Both the position numbers and the translations under genes were made by a program. Below the pieces are notes generated by a model. That model saw nothing but the letters and a program-made list of their open reading frames with translations. It had not been told where the DNA came from and made no database searches. From a virus, in the IMG/VR virus record IMGVR_UViG_3300042564_002458, positions 56,922 through 120,921 of that record: DNA of 64,000 nucleotides. One strand, written 5' to 3'. Below, piece after piece: positions 47,777-57,396 of this stretch. Within the stretch, counting starts at the first letter, position 1, and every line of letters starts with the position of its first letter.

Positions 47777-48343
47777 TTAATTGTCTTCTAAATTATCTAC
47801 TACAATCCAACCTAATTTTAGTAAATCTGTTCTAATTTCATCAGTAACTACACTTTCTGAAACATACTCACGATTATCTTCATCTAGTTCGGGTATGTAT
47901 CCATCTAACCCGTAACCATCTTCTTGACTACCAATACCGCTACAGTACCAATCAATGTAATCACCTTCTTGTTTCATATTGGAAATGATTCCACCAGCAC
48001 TACGCCAGCTGGCTGACCAATAATTTTCTTTTAAGATTTGAATTACATCTTCTTTTATAAAATCATTATTACATATTGCGGCATAAAGATTTTGAGCATA
48101 GTTATCGCTATTTCTAACTTTTGCTAGAATCCAATCTGTGGTTCTTAAATCCCACTCCATATTATTCTTTTGCCATTCTGGATCAGATTCATGTTCAAGA
48201 TCAAGTTTATCCCAACTTTCATACAAATCTATCATACTTTTAACATTTGAATCAGTCATACTTTTACCGTTCTCTATAACACGTTTAATATAATTTTTTT
48301 TTTGAAATGTATTTCTTTCTGGACTTTTGCTAAGATTATTCAT
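47777..48343 (-). CDS. conserved phage protein
   Basis: YAQNLYAAICNN, SWRSAGG, DYIDWYCSG. Confidence 0.75.
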   Translation of the reverse strand: MNNLSKSPERNTFQKKNYIKRVIENGKSMTDSNVKSMIDLYESWDKLDLEHESDPEWQKNNMEWDLRTTDWILAKVRNSDNYAQNLYAAICNNDFIKEDVIQILKENYWSASWRSAGGIISNMKQEGDYIDWYCSGIGSQEDGYGLDGYIPELDEDNREYVSESVVTDEIRTDLLKLGWIVVDNLEDN

Positions 48344-48360
48344 AGTTAAACTTTATAAAA

Positions 48361-48435
48361 TGGTGGATCGTGACGGGTTCGAACCGCCGACTTTTTCCGT
48401 GTAAAGGAAACCTTCTACCGCTGAATTAACGATCC
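48361..48435 (-). tRNA. tRNA-Val(TAC)
   Basis: cloverleaf; loop TTTACAC; encoded CCA. Confidence 0.92.
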
Positions 48436-48442
48436 AAAAGTT

Positions 48443-48688
48443 TTACAGATAAATAAATGTCATTACAATTCCAAGTAGTAATAATAAAACTGTAAAAATT
48501 GTAAGTGTAATTTCTAATAATTTGGGAAATTTTGATGACTCAAAAACCTCTTCAATTTCACTTGGTTTTGGAATATTATCAATTTCAATATTTGACTTTG
48601 GTAAATCATTAACAGAATTATTTTGATAATGATTTACAAAAACAATTACTACTAAAACTAATAAAATTATAATTAAAATTGGTGACAT
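48443..48688 (-). CDS. small membrane protein
   Basis: two TM helices; AAGGA RBS. Confidence 0.6.
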   Translation of the reverse strand: MSPILIIILLVLVVIVFVNHYQNNSVNDLPKSNIEIDNIPKPSEIEEVFESSKFPKLLEITLTIFTVLLLLLGIVMTFIYL

Positions 48689-48707
48689 ATTATTTCCTTT
48701 TAAATAA

Positions 48708-48792
48708 TGGTACGAGAGACGGGACTTGAACCCGTAATCCTTGCGGCGACAGATTTTAAGTCTGTTGTGTATACCAATTCCACCACTCTCGC
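48708..48792 (-). tRNA. tRNA-Leu(TAA)
   Basis: class II cloverleaf; loop CTTAAAA; CCA. Confidence 0.93.
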
Positions 48793-48801
48793 ATTTAATC
48801 T

Positions 48802-48942
48802 TTACCGTCTATCTCCTGGATTACAGGTGACATTGTACATACTACCCTGATATAATGTTTTCTGCCAACAAACTTGACCACGAGGTCCCATTACACAGCC
48901 AGATAACATTACAATCATGACAACTAATAGTGTCTGTTTCAT
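48802..48942 (-). CDS. 46-aa lipoprotein (absent from ORF track)
   Basis: MKQTLLVVMIVMLSGC lipobox. Confidence 0.55.
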   Translation of the reverse strand: MKQTLLVVMIVMLSGCVMGPRGQVCWQKTLYQGSMYNVTCNPGDRR

Positions 48943-48999
48943 ATTAATTTATCTCAATTAAAACAATATAATAAATTTAACTTTTTTCTAATGTAAAAA

Positions 49000-49074
49000 T
49001 GGTCCGGCGACCAGGAATCGAACCTGGATTAATAGCTTAGAAGGCTACTGTTCTATCCGTTGAACTATCGCCAG
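49000..49074 (-). tRNA. tRNA-Arg(TCT)
   Basis: loop CTTCTAA; CCA. Confidence 0.92.
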
Positions 49075-49081
49075 ATATTAA

Positions 49082-49534
49082 TTAATACTTTGAAGTTGAA
49101 AACTTTTTCAAATGAATTAAGTCAGACGGTGAGACCGCAGACTCTTTGACAACTGCTGATTGATTAATGGGAATTAAATATCGTTCTGTACCATCCTTTA
49201 CTATATCATGATTATAGATCATGATTTTTGGATCAACTTTATAAATCCATCCATCAGATGAATGTTTATAACGATGATGAGGTACAGAGACAAAGTAAAT
49301 AAAATCAACATTCAAACATTTTTTAAGTTGAGATTTAGGAATAGTAAATGAATTTTTCAGTACATATGGATTTTGAGTTTTTACCTCAATTTTAAGTCCA
49401 TTAGCCATAAAATCTTTTTCTGAATCAAATTTATCTACTGAATGAGATATTGTTTGTCCAAGAGAACTAAGATAGTTAATAACTACTTTTTCTCCCGCTA
49501 ATCCTAATTCTCCAGATTTGTCAATATAAGCCAT
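49082..49534 (-). CDS. PD-(D/E)xK nuclease-like protein
   Basis: GLAGEKVV...KDF...IEVKTQ. Confidence 0.6.
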   Translation of the reverse strand: MAYIDKSGELGLAGEKVVINYLSSLGQTISHSVDKFDSEKDFMANGLKIEVKTQNPYVLKNSFTIPKSQLKKCLNVDFIYFVSVPHHRYKHSSDGWIYKVDPKIMIYNHDIVKDGTERYLIPINQSAVVKESAVSPSDLIHLKKFSTSKY

Positions 49535-49555
49535 AATTACCCTAATAATATTAAA

Positions 49556-49632
49556 TGGTGCCCCCACCTGGACTCGAACCAGGGACCAAAGGATTATGAG
49601 TCCTCTGCTCTAACCAACTGAGCTACAGGGGC
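49556..49632 (-). tRNA. tRNA-CAT, probably Ile2 (lysidine type); Met not excluded
   Basis: GCCCCTG acceptor; loop CTCATAA; A73; CCA. Confidence 0.85.
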
Positions 49633-49662
49633 ATTTCTGTCAATCTTTCATTCTAAGATACT

Positions 49663-49691
49663 ATTATACAACATTATTGATTTATTGTCAA
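49663..49691 (-). promoter_or_regulatory. sigma70-like promoter for the tRNA cluster
   Basis: TTGACA-ATAAATC...-TATAAT. Confidence 0.8.
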
Positions 49692-49753
49692 GTATTATAT
49701 ATCCAAATTGTAGAATATTCTTTGTCAAGAATTACATTTAATGAGATTTTTTG

Positions 49754-50239
49754 TTAATTTTCTACTACACCGACTAGATGAAGTCGATGTTGATCAGAAC
49801 AATTTATAAATGTATGAGATTTAGTTGTATCAACTTTCCATACATATCCTTTTTTTAAATTTGTAAGTTGTCCAGTACGAAAAAGAAAATAGCATTCTGG
49901 ATTGGTTATTAATGGAATATGAATTCTAGAAGTATCATCTTTGTGTATACTATAACACGCATACGGTCCAACCCACATTAGTCTAGTTCTAAGTAGTTTG
50001 TATTTGTCAATTAATTCTTCAAATATAGTATTTTTAAAAAAAGGATTTAAATTAGTATATGAAAGTTCCTCTCCTTTACTTTTTCCGACTGCACTGGTCC
50101 ACGGATCTTCATTATCTTTATATTGCAATCCTGTTTGTTTACCTTTATGTTCATAATCGGTCCATTGCATATTAAGTTCTAACAAATTGTATGAATCTAA
50201 TACTAGTTGGTAGTTTATTGTTTCTAAAATTTTTATCAT
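49754..50239 (-). CDS. Asp/Asn beta-hydroxylase-like oxygenase
   Basis: RTRLM...YSIHKD..RIHIPLITN...HTFIN...RLHLV. Confidence 0.75.
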   Translation of the reverse strand: MIKILETINYQLVLDSYNLLELNMQWTDYEHKGKQTGLQYKDNEDPWTSAVGKSKGEELSYTNLNPFFKNTIFEELIDKYKLLRTRLMWVGPYACYSIHKDDTSRIHIPLITNPECYFLFRTGQLTNLKKGYVWKVDTTKSHTFINCSDQHRLHLVGVVEN

Positions 50240-50727
50240 GATAATATTATATTGGCCGCCTGATCTTCTGTAATATAGTCTGTTGTTGTAAAATGAGGGT
50301 ACTTTTTTAGAATCTTTTCTGTACCTACATATGCAAACCATTTGTATTTAACCCTACATATCCCACTTACCCGATTACTCATTTCTTTTAATATAAGTTT
50401 TTCTGCCTGATATTTTAGTAAATCTTGTCTATCTTTTGGTAACAGTTTTATATCTGCTATTCTACTACCTACATTAATTATTGTCTTATTTTTATCTTTC
50501 CACTCATGAAAAATTTCTAAAAATAATAATGTTTGTCCAAACTCTGATGTTGCATTATTAATAAAAACATCACAATCATATGATTCTTCGATAATTCGGC
50601 GTCTATCAGTGATATTAGTTATATCGTAACCCGTAGATAAACTAAATCCTATAGCATCAGGAGTTAGTCTTTCATATAATCGTTTGCCAATACCGGCTGT
50701 GTGTCCTGTAATTGCATAAGTTGTCAT
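50236..50727 (-). CDS. short-chain dehydrogenase-like Rossmann protein
   Basis: ITGHTAGIG, FINNA, INVGS, YxxxK. Confidence 0.8.
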   Translation of the reverse strand: MTTYAITGHTAGIGKRLYERLTPDAIGFSLSTGYDITNITDRRRIIEESYDCDVFINNATSEFGQTLLFLEIFHEWKDKNKTIINVGSRIADIKLLPKDRQDLLKYQAEKLILKEMSNRVSGICRVKYKWFAYVGTEKILKKYPHFTTTDYITEDQAANIILS

Positions 50728-51332
50728 TCTTTAAACCTCAATGTTATTCCTAATTTCTCACCATTCATTTTAGATGTGCAATGTATTTTTTTATTATTAA
50801 AGATTATCATACTTCCAGGCTCAAATGGATATGCAGTACCCGATAATTCGGATAGTGCATGCTTTGGATAGTGCGATAGATAATCATTATATAAAGTTTC
50901 GTTTATTGATTTTCCGGTTTTATTTGTAATAGGATATTCATGAGGATAACCTTTTACACCTATATTTGTTGAAAAATACATTACGGGTTTTTGCATACAC
51001 CAAGTAACACTATCTTGTTCCCACTCTTGATCAAATATTATTAAACTGGTTCGTGATCCAGTATACATCAACGGTATCACAACATTTATAGTATTGTCCT
51101 GATAGGTTTTATAATCAGTATGTGGTAAGTATGGAATAGAGTGTTTATAAAAATTTCCACTTTTGTAAACTAGTTGTTTATCTAATATTCGTTCTATGAT
51201 AGGAGTAAATAATTCAAGACTACTACCAGGTGAGGTCTTGTTCATTGTATTGGTGTCATACAAGTTTCTACTATTATAATCATTAATAGCAGTATTAATC
51301 AACTCTTGAGAAACTATATTATTGTATATCAT
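50724..51332 (-). CDS. 2OG-Fe(II) oxygenase-like
   Basis: PHTD...IHCT...K. Confidence 0.65.
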   Translation of the reverse strand: MIYNNIVSQELINTAINDYNSRNLYDTNTMNKTSPGSSLELFTPIIERILDKQLVYKSGNFYKHSIPYLPHTDYKTYQDNTINVVIPLMYTGSRTSLIIFDQEWEQDSVTWCMQKPVMYFSTNIGVKGYPHEYPITNKTGKSINETLYNDYLSHYPKHALSELSGTAYPFEPGSMIIFNNKKIHCTSKMNGEKLGITLRFKE

Positions 51333-51856
51333 ATTGTATCAGGCGGGTTTTCAAGAAAAACAGTTAACATAATTCGTATAATTTTCGATTTAAGTAATAT
51401 TATATTATGTGGGTGCGATGGATCGAACAATAACGGTTTATCTAAAATGTAGTAATCTATCAATTTACAGTTTTTAATATTAACTGTATAATACGATAAT
51501 ACTTTAGTATTTGATTTTATTAATAGTTCATCTGGCACTTTTTCAAAACAATTTGTTTTTGCAAATTCAGAATTTAATATTGGAAAATTTAGTCTTATTC
51601 CAGGAGTAAAATCAACATGAGGATTCATATATGAATTATGAGATTTAACAAAACACAAACCTGATTTGTATTTCAAATTATAAATGCTCATAAACTCTAA
51701 CAATTCTGAGCAATGAGTTTTTATTTCTTCTAAACTAAACCAACAACTACCATTTTTCATAGCACTAATTTTATGAAATGTATCAAAAATATATAATAAC
51801 TTCTTAGATATAATTTCTATATTGTTACATTCTAGGTATCTAAATGGGGTACTCAT
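51329..51856 (-). CDS. 2OG-Fe(II) oxygenase-like
   Basis: PHVD..RLNFPILN...PHNI...R. Confidence 0.65.
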   Translation of the reverse strand: MSTPFRYLECNNIEIISKKLLYIFDTFHKISAMKNGSCWFSLEEIKTHCSELLEFMSIYNLKYKSGLCFVKSHNSYMNPHVDFTPGIRLNFPILNSEFAKTNCFEKVPDELLIKSNTKVLSYYTVNIKNCKLIDYYILDKPLLFDPSHPHNIILLKSKIIRIMLTVFLENPPDTI

Positions 51857-52548
51857 AATATTTTTAAAATTATTTCTGCTAGATTTTGATGAGATTTTTC
51901 TCCCATATGTCTACCGTCAGTCCCAAAATCTATATTTTGAATATTAATAATATCTGGAAAAATATTATCATGATCTCCTAATTTAATCTCGGTGAAATTT
52001 ATTTTTTGCACATTCAAAAACTCCAGAAGTTCTAGTCTAGATTTAGTGCTTCGCTGACCTATTTTATCTATGTTACTAGTATAGATTGATTGCAGTTCAT
52101 ACTCTCTTTTCCATAAATTGTGTCTAAAATTTTTATCAATAACCCAAGGACCCAAATGATACAATTCTTGATCTCTGATATGATACATTCTAGTATCTGG
52201 GTAGCTCCACTGTACTATAACATGATTTGGTTTAATCGTGAAGTTGCGACACCATTCTTGAATATTCATGCTAATAAAGTCACACCCACTACCTGAGATA
52301 CTAATATTGTATACAGGAATTCCTAAGGAATTCTGTAATACACTACTGTAGGTTTTTTCTAGACGAACAGATTCTCCTTCGCTCTGACTGCACCCACATA
52401 CTAAAATGTAATCAGAAATAATAGATTCTATGGGAATAGTTCGATGATATTCGCTGTTCATTTCTGATCGATGAATCCCATTATAACTATCTAGTTTTTC
52501 ATATCTAGAATCTCCATAACAATAATTATATTTTCTATAACTTATCAT
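51853..52548 (-). CDS. SGNH-like protein (paralog of 45869)
   Basis: CGCSQSEG, YNISISGSG, QWS, DGRHMG. Confidence 0.65.
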   Translation of the reverse strand: MISYRKYNYCYGDSRYEKLDSYNGIHRSEMNSEYHRTIPIESIISDYILVCGCSQSEGESVRLEKTYSSVLQNSLGIPVYNISISGSGCDFISMNIQEWCRNFTIKPNHVIVQWSYPDTRMYHIRDQELYHLGPWVIDKNFRHNLWKREYELQSIYTSNIDKIGQRSTKSRLELLEFLNVQKINFTEIKLGDHDNIFPDIINIQNIDFGTDGRHMGEKSHQNLAEIILKIL

Positions 52549-53021
52549 ACTCCATGATCCTGACAGTATTTTTTTACAGTCTCATAATCATAATCGTTAA
52601 ATCCTATGCTCAATAGATATCTAATGTTATTACCGTTTCTAACGGCGTGTTTCTTATGTGTGTTTAATAAGTAATATTGATCTAGTTCATACTTTAACTC
52701 AGTAACATTTTCAATAACTTCTTCATTATCAGTTTGATCACCATAATAGCAATTACTATTAAATCCAGTTAGTAACAAATTAATAGCACATTGTCTACGC
52801 TCATCAGTATGAAATCTGTAAAATGTATTTGATATCATTTTAAAAACAATTGCATTTCCATTAAATTTAAATTTAATTTTTAATAACAATGTATCTAATA
52901 AATTGTTAGGAATTTTAAGTATATTAAATCCGTTACTGGAAAACCATTGATCGCTAGACTCAACATAATTGAGTATATCTGATCTACCTGTACTAACAGT
53001 GTTTAATTGATAGTAATTCAT
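52545..53021 (-). CDS. 2OG-Fe(II) oxygenase-like
   Basis: FHTD.RR.CAIN...KHAV.N...R. Confidence 0.65.
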   Translation of the reverse strand: MNYYQLNTVSTGRSDILNYVESSDQWFSSNGFNILKIPNNLLDTLLLKIKFKFNGNAIVFKMISNTFYRFHTDERRQCAINLLLTGFNSNCYYGDQTDNEEVIENVTELKYELDQYYLLNTHKKHAVRNGNNIRYLLSIGFNDYDYETVKKYCQDHGV

Positions 53022-53581
53022 TCTATAATATTTTTAAAATATTCTTTGAGATTAAAAGTACTTACATCGATTGGATCAAAACACAAACTTATAATTGTTC
53101 TCAACTGACCATCAATCTGACCTGTAACTCCGTGCCATGATGGATTTACATGTATTAAATGCCATCTTTTTTCTTCAATTTTATGTTCTTCCACTACAGT
53201 AGTCTTATCATCCGAGTACCAACTAGTAACTGGACCAGGTCCACCAAGAGTTAAAATATAATTAAACGCATATTTTCGTCCGTAGTCTATATGAATGGGA
53301 TGTACGCCTTTTCCTTGACTATGTTCAATATATTTGTTAATATGTAACATCATCTTATTTATTAATTCTGGATGTTGAGAATCAGGATCTATTATAGATA
53401 TAATGTTTTGTTTAATCCAATCTTTAATCTCAGATGGCAAATAAGTTATACTATGACTAATCCCTTCTTTTTTGTTTAATTCTATTAGTCTATTATCAAT
53501 CCAACTTAATGGAATTAAATTCAAACATCTCTGTTCAAATTCGACTGGCAGTTTTGGCAAGTTTACGTAAGTAAAATTCAT
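53018..53581 (-). CDS. 2OG-Fe(II) oxygenase-like
   Basis: IHIDYGRKYAFNY...WHGV...R. Confidence 0.65.
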   Translation of the reverse strand: MNFTYVNLPKLPVEFEQRCLNLIPLSWIDNRLIELNKKEGISHSITYLPSEIKDWIKQNIISIIDPDSQHPELINKMMLHINKYIEHSQGKGVHPIHIDYGRKYAFNYILTLGGPGPVTSWYSDDKTTVVEEHKIEEKRWHLIHVNPSWHGVTGQIDGQLRTIISLCFDPIDVSTFNLKEYFKNIIE

Positions 53582-54108
53582 GTTAAAAGATATATAGGAT
53601 CATGATCAAACCCTATTGTTAATGAAATTCGTGGTGTCTGATTACCTATTGTTATTTTATGAAATTCATTAACACGAATTATAGTGGGACATGTCAATTC
53701 TACACGATCAACTAGTTCTATAATTGCATCATGTTCTGGTAATTTTATTGTATATCTATCATTGGTGTAAAATCTTGTTTTACTAACGGTATAATATTCA
53801 GTATAACTGTTTTCACAATTTAAAATTGGTATGTTTATTCTTGCTTGAAATTTACTATTGTCCGAGTGAAGACTACCTTGATCATTATTATATGTAACGT
53901 AAAATGCTGTTGAAATGACATTGAGATTTATCTTTCTAAAACAATCATTAATTAGCTTTCTATTATCATTATAAAAATCTGAGACTTCACAAAAAGATAA
54001 TCCTTTTTTTCTTTCATATATTACTGTATTATTTTTAAGATACTCCAACGCATTACTTTGAATATATTGCCAGTTTGGAATACTGTTTAATTTCAGATAA
54101 TATTTCAT
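53578..54108 (-). CDS. 2OG-Fe(II) oxygenase-like
   Basis: LHSD...RINIPILN...FHKI...PRI. Confidence 0.65.
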   Translation of the reverse strand: MKYYLKLNSIPNWQYIQSNALEYLKNNTVIYERKKGLSFCEVSDFYNDNRKLINDCFRKINLNVISTAFYVTYNNDQGSLHSDNSKFQARINIPILNCENSYTEYYTVSKTRFYTNDRYTIKLPEHDAIIELVDRVELTCPTIIRVNEFHKITIGNQTPRISLTIGFDHDPIYLLT

Positions 54109-55127
54109 ATGTTCATCCAATTAAACAGTTTGGTAGATAATCCTACAGTATTCCACTGAGTATCACTTTTTATTGCCCAGTTTCTAAATACAGATAAAAA
54201 TTCATCTGAATTTGTACCAGTAGCAAATGGTATAGATTGCCAATCAGAAATCTGTTCTATTATTCGTCGTGGGAATTTTAACATATTACAATGATCTGGG
54301 TATACAATAGGAAAACTACTAAACGAATGATGTTTACTCCAATATTCATTCGCCGTATGATAGTTTTGAAATGTAAATGGTGTTATAGCATAGTTGATAG
54401 ACAAGTTAGTATGTTCGGTCAATACTTGTATATTATTCAACAACTCTGTCCAACTTGATCCTCTTCTGAACCATTCGTAAGTATCTTCAAATCCATCAAC
54501 ACTTACACTACATTTAATTTCGCGCCACCCTTCCCATAAGTCAATACGAGGTTTAATTAATCCATTTGTAATGTATTGTATTTCACAATGACTACGATCA
54601 ACATGTTTTAATCTATCAAGTAGTTTCCAATGATCTGGGTCTAAGAACGGTTCTCCACCACTAAATTTTAATACAGTGATATTTGGTAATAATTCAATGA
54701 GTTCTTCAACAAATTTATCAGTAATTTCAAATGATACTTTAACATGTGGAGTTATGTTTAATACTTTTGCCCAAGTACTACTACGATCAGGACCACAGTG
54801 AGCACATGCCAGCTGACACTTGTTGCTCATTTTAAATTGTAGAACTTTTAATTCTCTAGAGTTACTGATAAATGAAGTTGACATTCGCATACTAGTTTGA
54901 TTGTTAACTTCAAGTTGTTCACATCTACCGCAAGAATTTCTAGTTTTTTCTGAATACCCATTGATGAGATTATTTCGTAAATATAAGAGACGATGATGAT
55001 TAAACGCATTTTTAATACCATCTTGTATAGGAGTAATTTTTGCTAGATCAGATGTTTCTAAACAGCAAGGACGTGTCCATCCGTCTGTTTCGATGCTCAT
55101 CATATTTTCTATCCACGCACATTTCAT
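54105..55127 (-). CDS. radical SAM enzyme with N-terminal SPASM/twitch-like Cys motif
   Basis: CQLACAHC, GGEP, TNG, SVDG; N-terminal C...PCC...CxxC. Confidence 0.88.
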   Translation of the reverse strand: MKCAWIENMMSIETDGWTRPCCLETSDLAKITPIQDGIKNAFNHHRLLYLRNNLINGYSEKTRNSCGRCEQLEVNNQTSMRMSTSFISNSRELKVLQFKMSNKCQLACAHCGPDRSSTWAKVLNITPHVKVSFEITDKFVEELIELLPNITVLKFSGGEPFLDPDHWKLLDRLKHVDRSHCEIQYITNGLIKPRIDLWEGWREIKCSVSVDGFEDTYEWFRRGSSWTELLNNIQVLTEHTNLSINYAITPFTFQNYHTANEYWSKHHSFSSFPIVYPDHCNMLKFPRRIIEQISDWQSIPFATGTNSDEFLSVFRNWAIKSDTQWNTVGLSTKLFNWMNI

Positions 55128-55217
55128 ATCATTTTTTCTTCAGTAATATTCATTGTCTAGTGATATTTATCTATTTTTAGATTAGAATATTATGATATAA
55201 AAGTTATAATAGTTGAT

Positions 55218-55790
55218 TTAAATCAAACCTTCATCAGTCAATACTTTGACTGTTTCATCAGCCAATGGAATTTCTGTTTTGATATTCAATTCCAGAATCT
55301 CATCATTGAGTTTCTGTTTTTGTTTTTTTAGATTCAAGATTTCGCGCTTGATGTTGTTTAATTGATCTCGTGTAATTACAGTAGTTTCTACTGTATCTGA
55401 GTTACCATAGATACGACTACGTTGACTTTGATCACCTTCTTTGATTTTTGTCAAACGACCATTGATAACATCAATGCTATCTACTGGTGATAAACTAACA
55501 AAGTCTGACAATTGAACGATACGTTTGTCAACAAATGCTGATTTAGACAATGCCAAATTAACCCCACTAGCACTGTTAGCAGCCCCAACCAAACCACGAA
55601 TGTTATACAATGATAACAATAATAGTTGACGGCGACTGTCGTTTTTCCACAGTGTTTCATTAGCCTGATTCAACATTGTTTCAGCGTCTTGAAACTCATT
55701 CAATTGAATTGAAGTTTCAATTTTAATTTCACGAATTGCTTCCAAAATACGATTCTGAATAGCACTTGCCTTACGTAATGAAATGTTCAT
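55218..55790 (-). CDS. coiled-coil protein
   Basis: MNISLRKASAIQ...LELNIKTEI; AAGGA RBS. Confidence 0.75.
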   Translation of the reverse strand: MNISLRKASAIQNRILEAIREIKIETSIQLNEFQDAETMLNQANETLWKNDSRRQLLLLSLYNIRGLVGAANSASGVNLALSKSAFVDKRIVQLSDFVSLSPVDSIDVINGRLTKIKEGDQSQRSRIYGNSDTVETTVITRDQLNNIKREILNLKKQKQKLNDEILELNIKTEIPLADETVKVLTDEGLI

Positions 55791-55827
55791 ATTATTCCTT
55801 GATTTTAAATTAAAATGATTAACGAGT

Positions 55828-56050
55828 AGTAAAAGGTCAAGTAATAGACCGGACAATAAACAATAGAAGATGTACATAGACTATCTTCAATACAATTGTC
55901 AAAAATACAAATAAGCAGAAGACTTTATATTCATGATCAACAATCGACAAAATGTTTTGGATCATAACACAAAGTACGAATTATCAAGAGTTGTCGTTAA
56001 TTAGTCGCGAGACCAAGTAACTATCAATCTACTCTCATCTACCTTTTACT
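55828..56050 (-). ncRNA. putative structured leader or ncRNA upstream of the 55790 gene
   Basis: AGTAAAAGGT/ACCTTTTACT 10-bp closing stem, internal hairpins. Confidence 0.45.
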
Positions 56051-56096
56051 TACACGGTTGATTGATAACATTTTAAGTTATCTTATCAACAAAACT

Positions 56097-56172
56097 TGGC
56101 TGCTTAGCCTGGGCTCGAACCAGGGACCAAATGATTAACAGTCATCTACTCTACCAACTGAGCTACTAAGCA
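56097..56172 (-). tRNA. tRNA-Asn(GTT)
   Basis: loop CTGTTAA; CCA. Confidence 0.93.
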
Positions 56173-56181
56173 ATTAACTAT

Positions 56182-56257
56182 TGGTGCCCCCAGTCGGATT
56201 CGAACTGACCACCCCCGCATTACAAGTGCGGTGCTCTACCAAATGAGCTATAGGGGC
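56182..56257 (-). tRNA. tRNA-Thr(TGT)
   Basis: loop CTTGTAA; CCA. Confidence 0.93.
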
Positions 56258-56264
56258 AAAACTT

Positions 56265-56471
56265 TTATTCGGTTACTTCAGTACTAACAACTTTTTCAAC
56301 ATAGCCTTTACGACTAGTTACAATACGAATCTGATTAAGAATCTTTGCCTTAATTTTCTTCTTACCTTCTTTCTCAACCATAGTAGTAAGTTGACTTACT
56401 GTTAATCCACCTAAACGTGGTTTACCAGTTTTGGTTTTGTTTGGATCTCGTTTTTGATTACGTTGTGCCAT
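56265..56471 (-). CDS. small basic protein
   Basis: AGGAGA RBS; Lys/Arg-rich. Confidence 0.65.
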   Translation of the reverse strand: MAQRNQKRDPNKTKTGKPRLGGLTVSQLTTMVEKEGKKKIKAKILNQIRIVTSRKGYVEKVVSTEVTE

Positions 56472-56472
56472 T

Positions 56473-56628
56473 TTATTTCTCCTGAGATAATTCGTTAGTA
56501 ACTCGTTGTGGTATAGTTTCGTCAGTAAGAGGCAACGTTAATTCAGTCAATGTTTCGCTCAACTCTAACCGTTGTTTTCTTATTTCTTCGTCTCTTCTTA
56601 ATAGTTCTAATGGTGTTGGATTGCCCAT
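56473..56628 (-). CDS. hypothetical protein
   Basis: AAGGAAG RBS before MGNPT. Confidence 0.5.
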   Translation of the reverse strand: MGNPTPLELLRRDEEIRKQRLELSETLTELTLPLTDETIPQRVTNELSQEK

Positions 56629-56638
56629 TTTACTTCCT

Positions 56639-56896
56639 TTAAATAAGTCCTGATAAAACTCGCCAATGAGCATTGGCAAAATCTAAAATATCAGTGGATA
56701 AAATTTCACCACTATTCCAATCCCATAATTCTAGTATTTCATCGTCTGTTAAATTTTTAACTGTTGGATTTAAACTTGCATTATCTTGTAATACTAAACT
56801 GGCAAACTTCCTAGCAATTTCCCACGATTTTTCATCAGTGGATCCACCTGATTCAATCATTAATTGTTTTAAACGATCTTCAGTTATTACAGCCAT
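56639..56896 (-). CDS. hypothetical protein, related to the KFAEL family
   Basis: RLKQL...KFASLV; LTDDEILELW...DFA. Confidence 0.6.
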   Translation of the reverse strand: MAVITEDRLKQLMIESGGSTDEKSWEIARKFASLVLQDNASLNPTVKNLTDDEILELWDWNSGEILSTDILDFANAHWRVLSGLI

Positions 56897-56914
56897 TTTA
56901 CTTCCTATAAAATT

Positions 56915-56988
56915 TGGAGCAGGGTAAGAGAATCGAACTCTCAGCATTAGCTTGGAAGGCTAAGGTATTACCACTATACGAACCCTGC
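56915..56988 (-). tRNA. tRNA-Gly(TCC)
   Basis: loop CTTCCAA; U73; CCA. Confidence 0.92.
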
Positions 56989-57037
56989 ATTTGTTACTAC
57001 TATTATTTACTATCTATCATTATTACTATAAAAAATT

Positions 57038-57125
57038 TGGCGGGCAGTATTGGATTCGAACCAATGCACCCCTTGCGGAATGACAGATTAGCAATCTGTT
57101 GCCTTAACCACTCGGCCAACTGCCC
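57038..57125 (-). tRNA. tRNA-Ser(GCT)
   Basis: long variable arm; loop TTGCTAA; G73; CCA. Confidence 0.92.
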
Positions 57126-57131
57126 AACTCA

Positions 57132-57329
57132 CTACAATAATTCTTTTAATAATTGTCTTTGTTCAGAACTCAATGTCATTGAGTATTGAACTTGTTCACT
57201 ACCATCTCGTCTGGCATTGTCCCATTCAGTTAAAAACTTAATTTGAACGTGATTAGATGGTTTTAAAACATCTGTCAATTCTACAATAATTTTAAATCCT
57301 TGATTGTCACTGATAATTTTTCGTGTCAT
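57132..57329 (-). CDS. hypothetical protein
   Basis: first gene after the promoter at 57354. Confidence 0.65.
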   Translation of the reverse strand: MTRKIISDNQGFKIIVELTDVLKPSNHVQIKFLTEWDNARRDGSEQVQYSMTLSSEQRQLLKELL

Positions 57330-57353
57330 TATGTTTCTCTCTACTATTTAACT

Positions 57354-57382
57354 AGTATACATTGACTCTAAATTAAAGTCAA
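57354..57382 (-). promoter_or_regulatory. sigma70-like promoter overlapped by an inverted repeat
   Basis: TTGACT-N17-TATACT; ATACATTGACT/AGTCAATGTAT. Confidence 0.6.
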
Positions 57383-57396
57383 TGTATTTTGGATGA

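Noticed and set aside
56914-57189. + strand ORF (also 60230-60424 on -)
   Set aside because: Shadows of tRNA genes.
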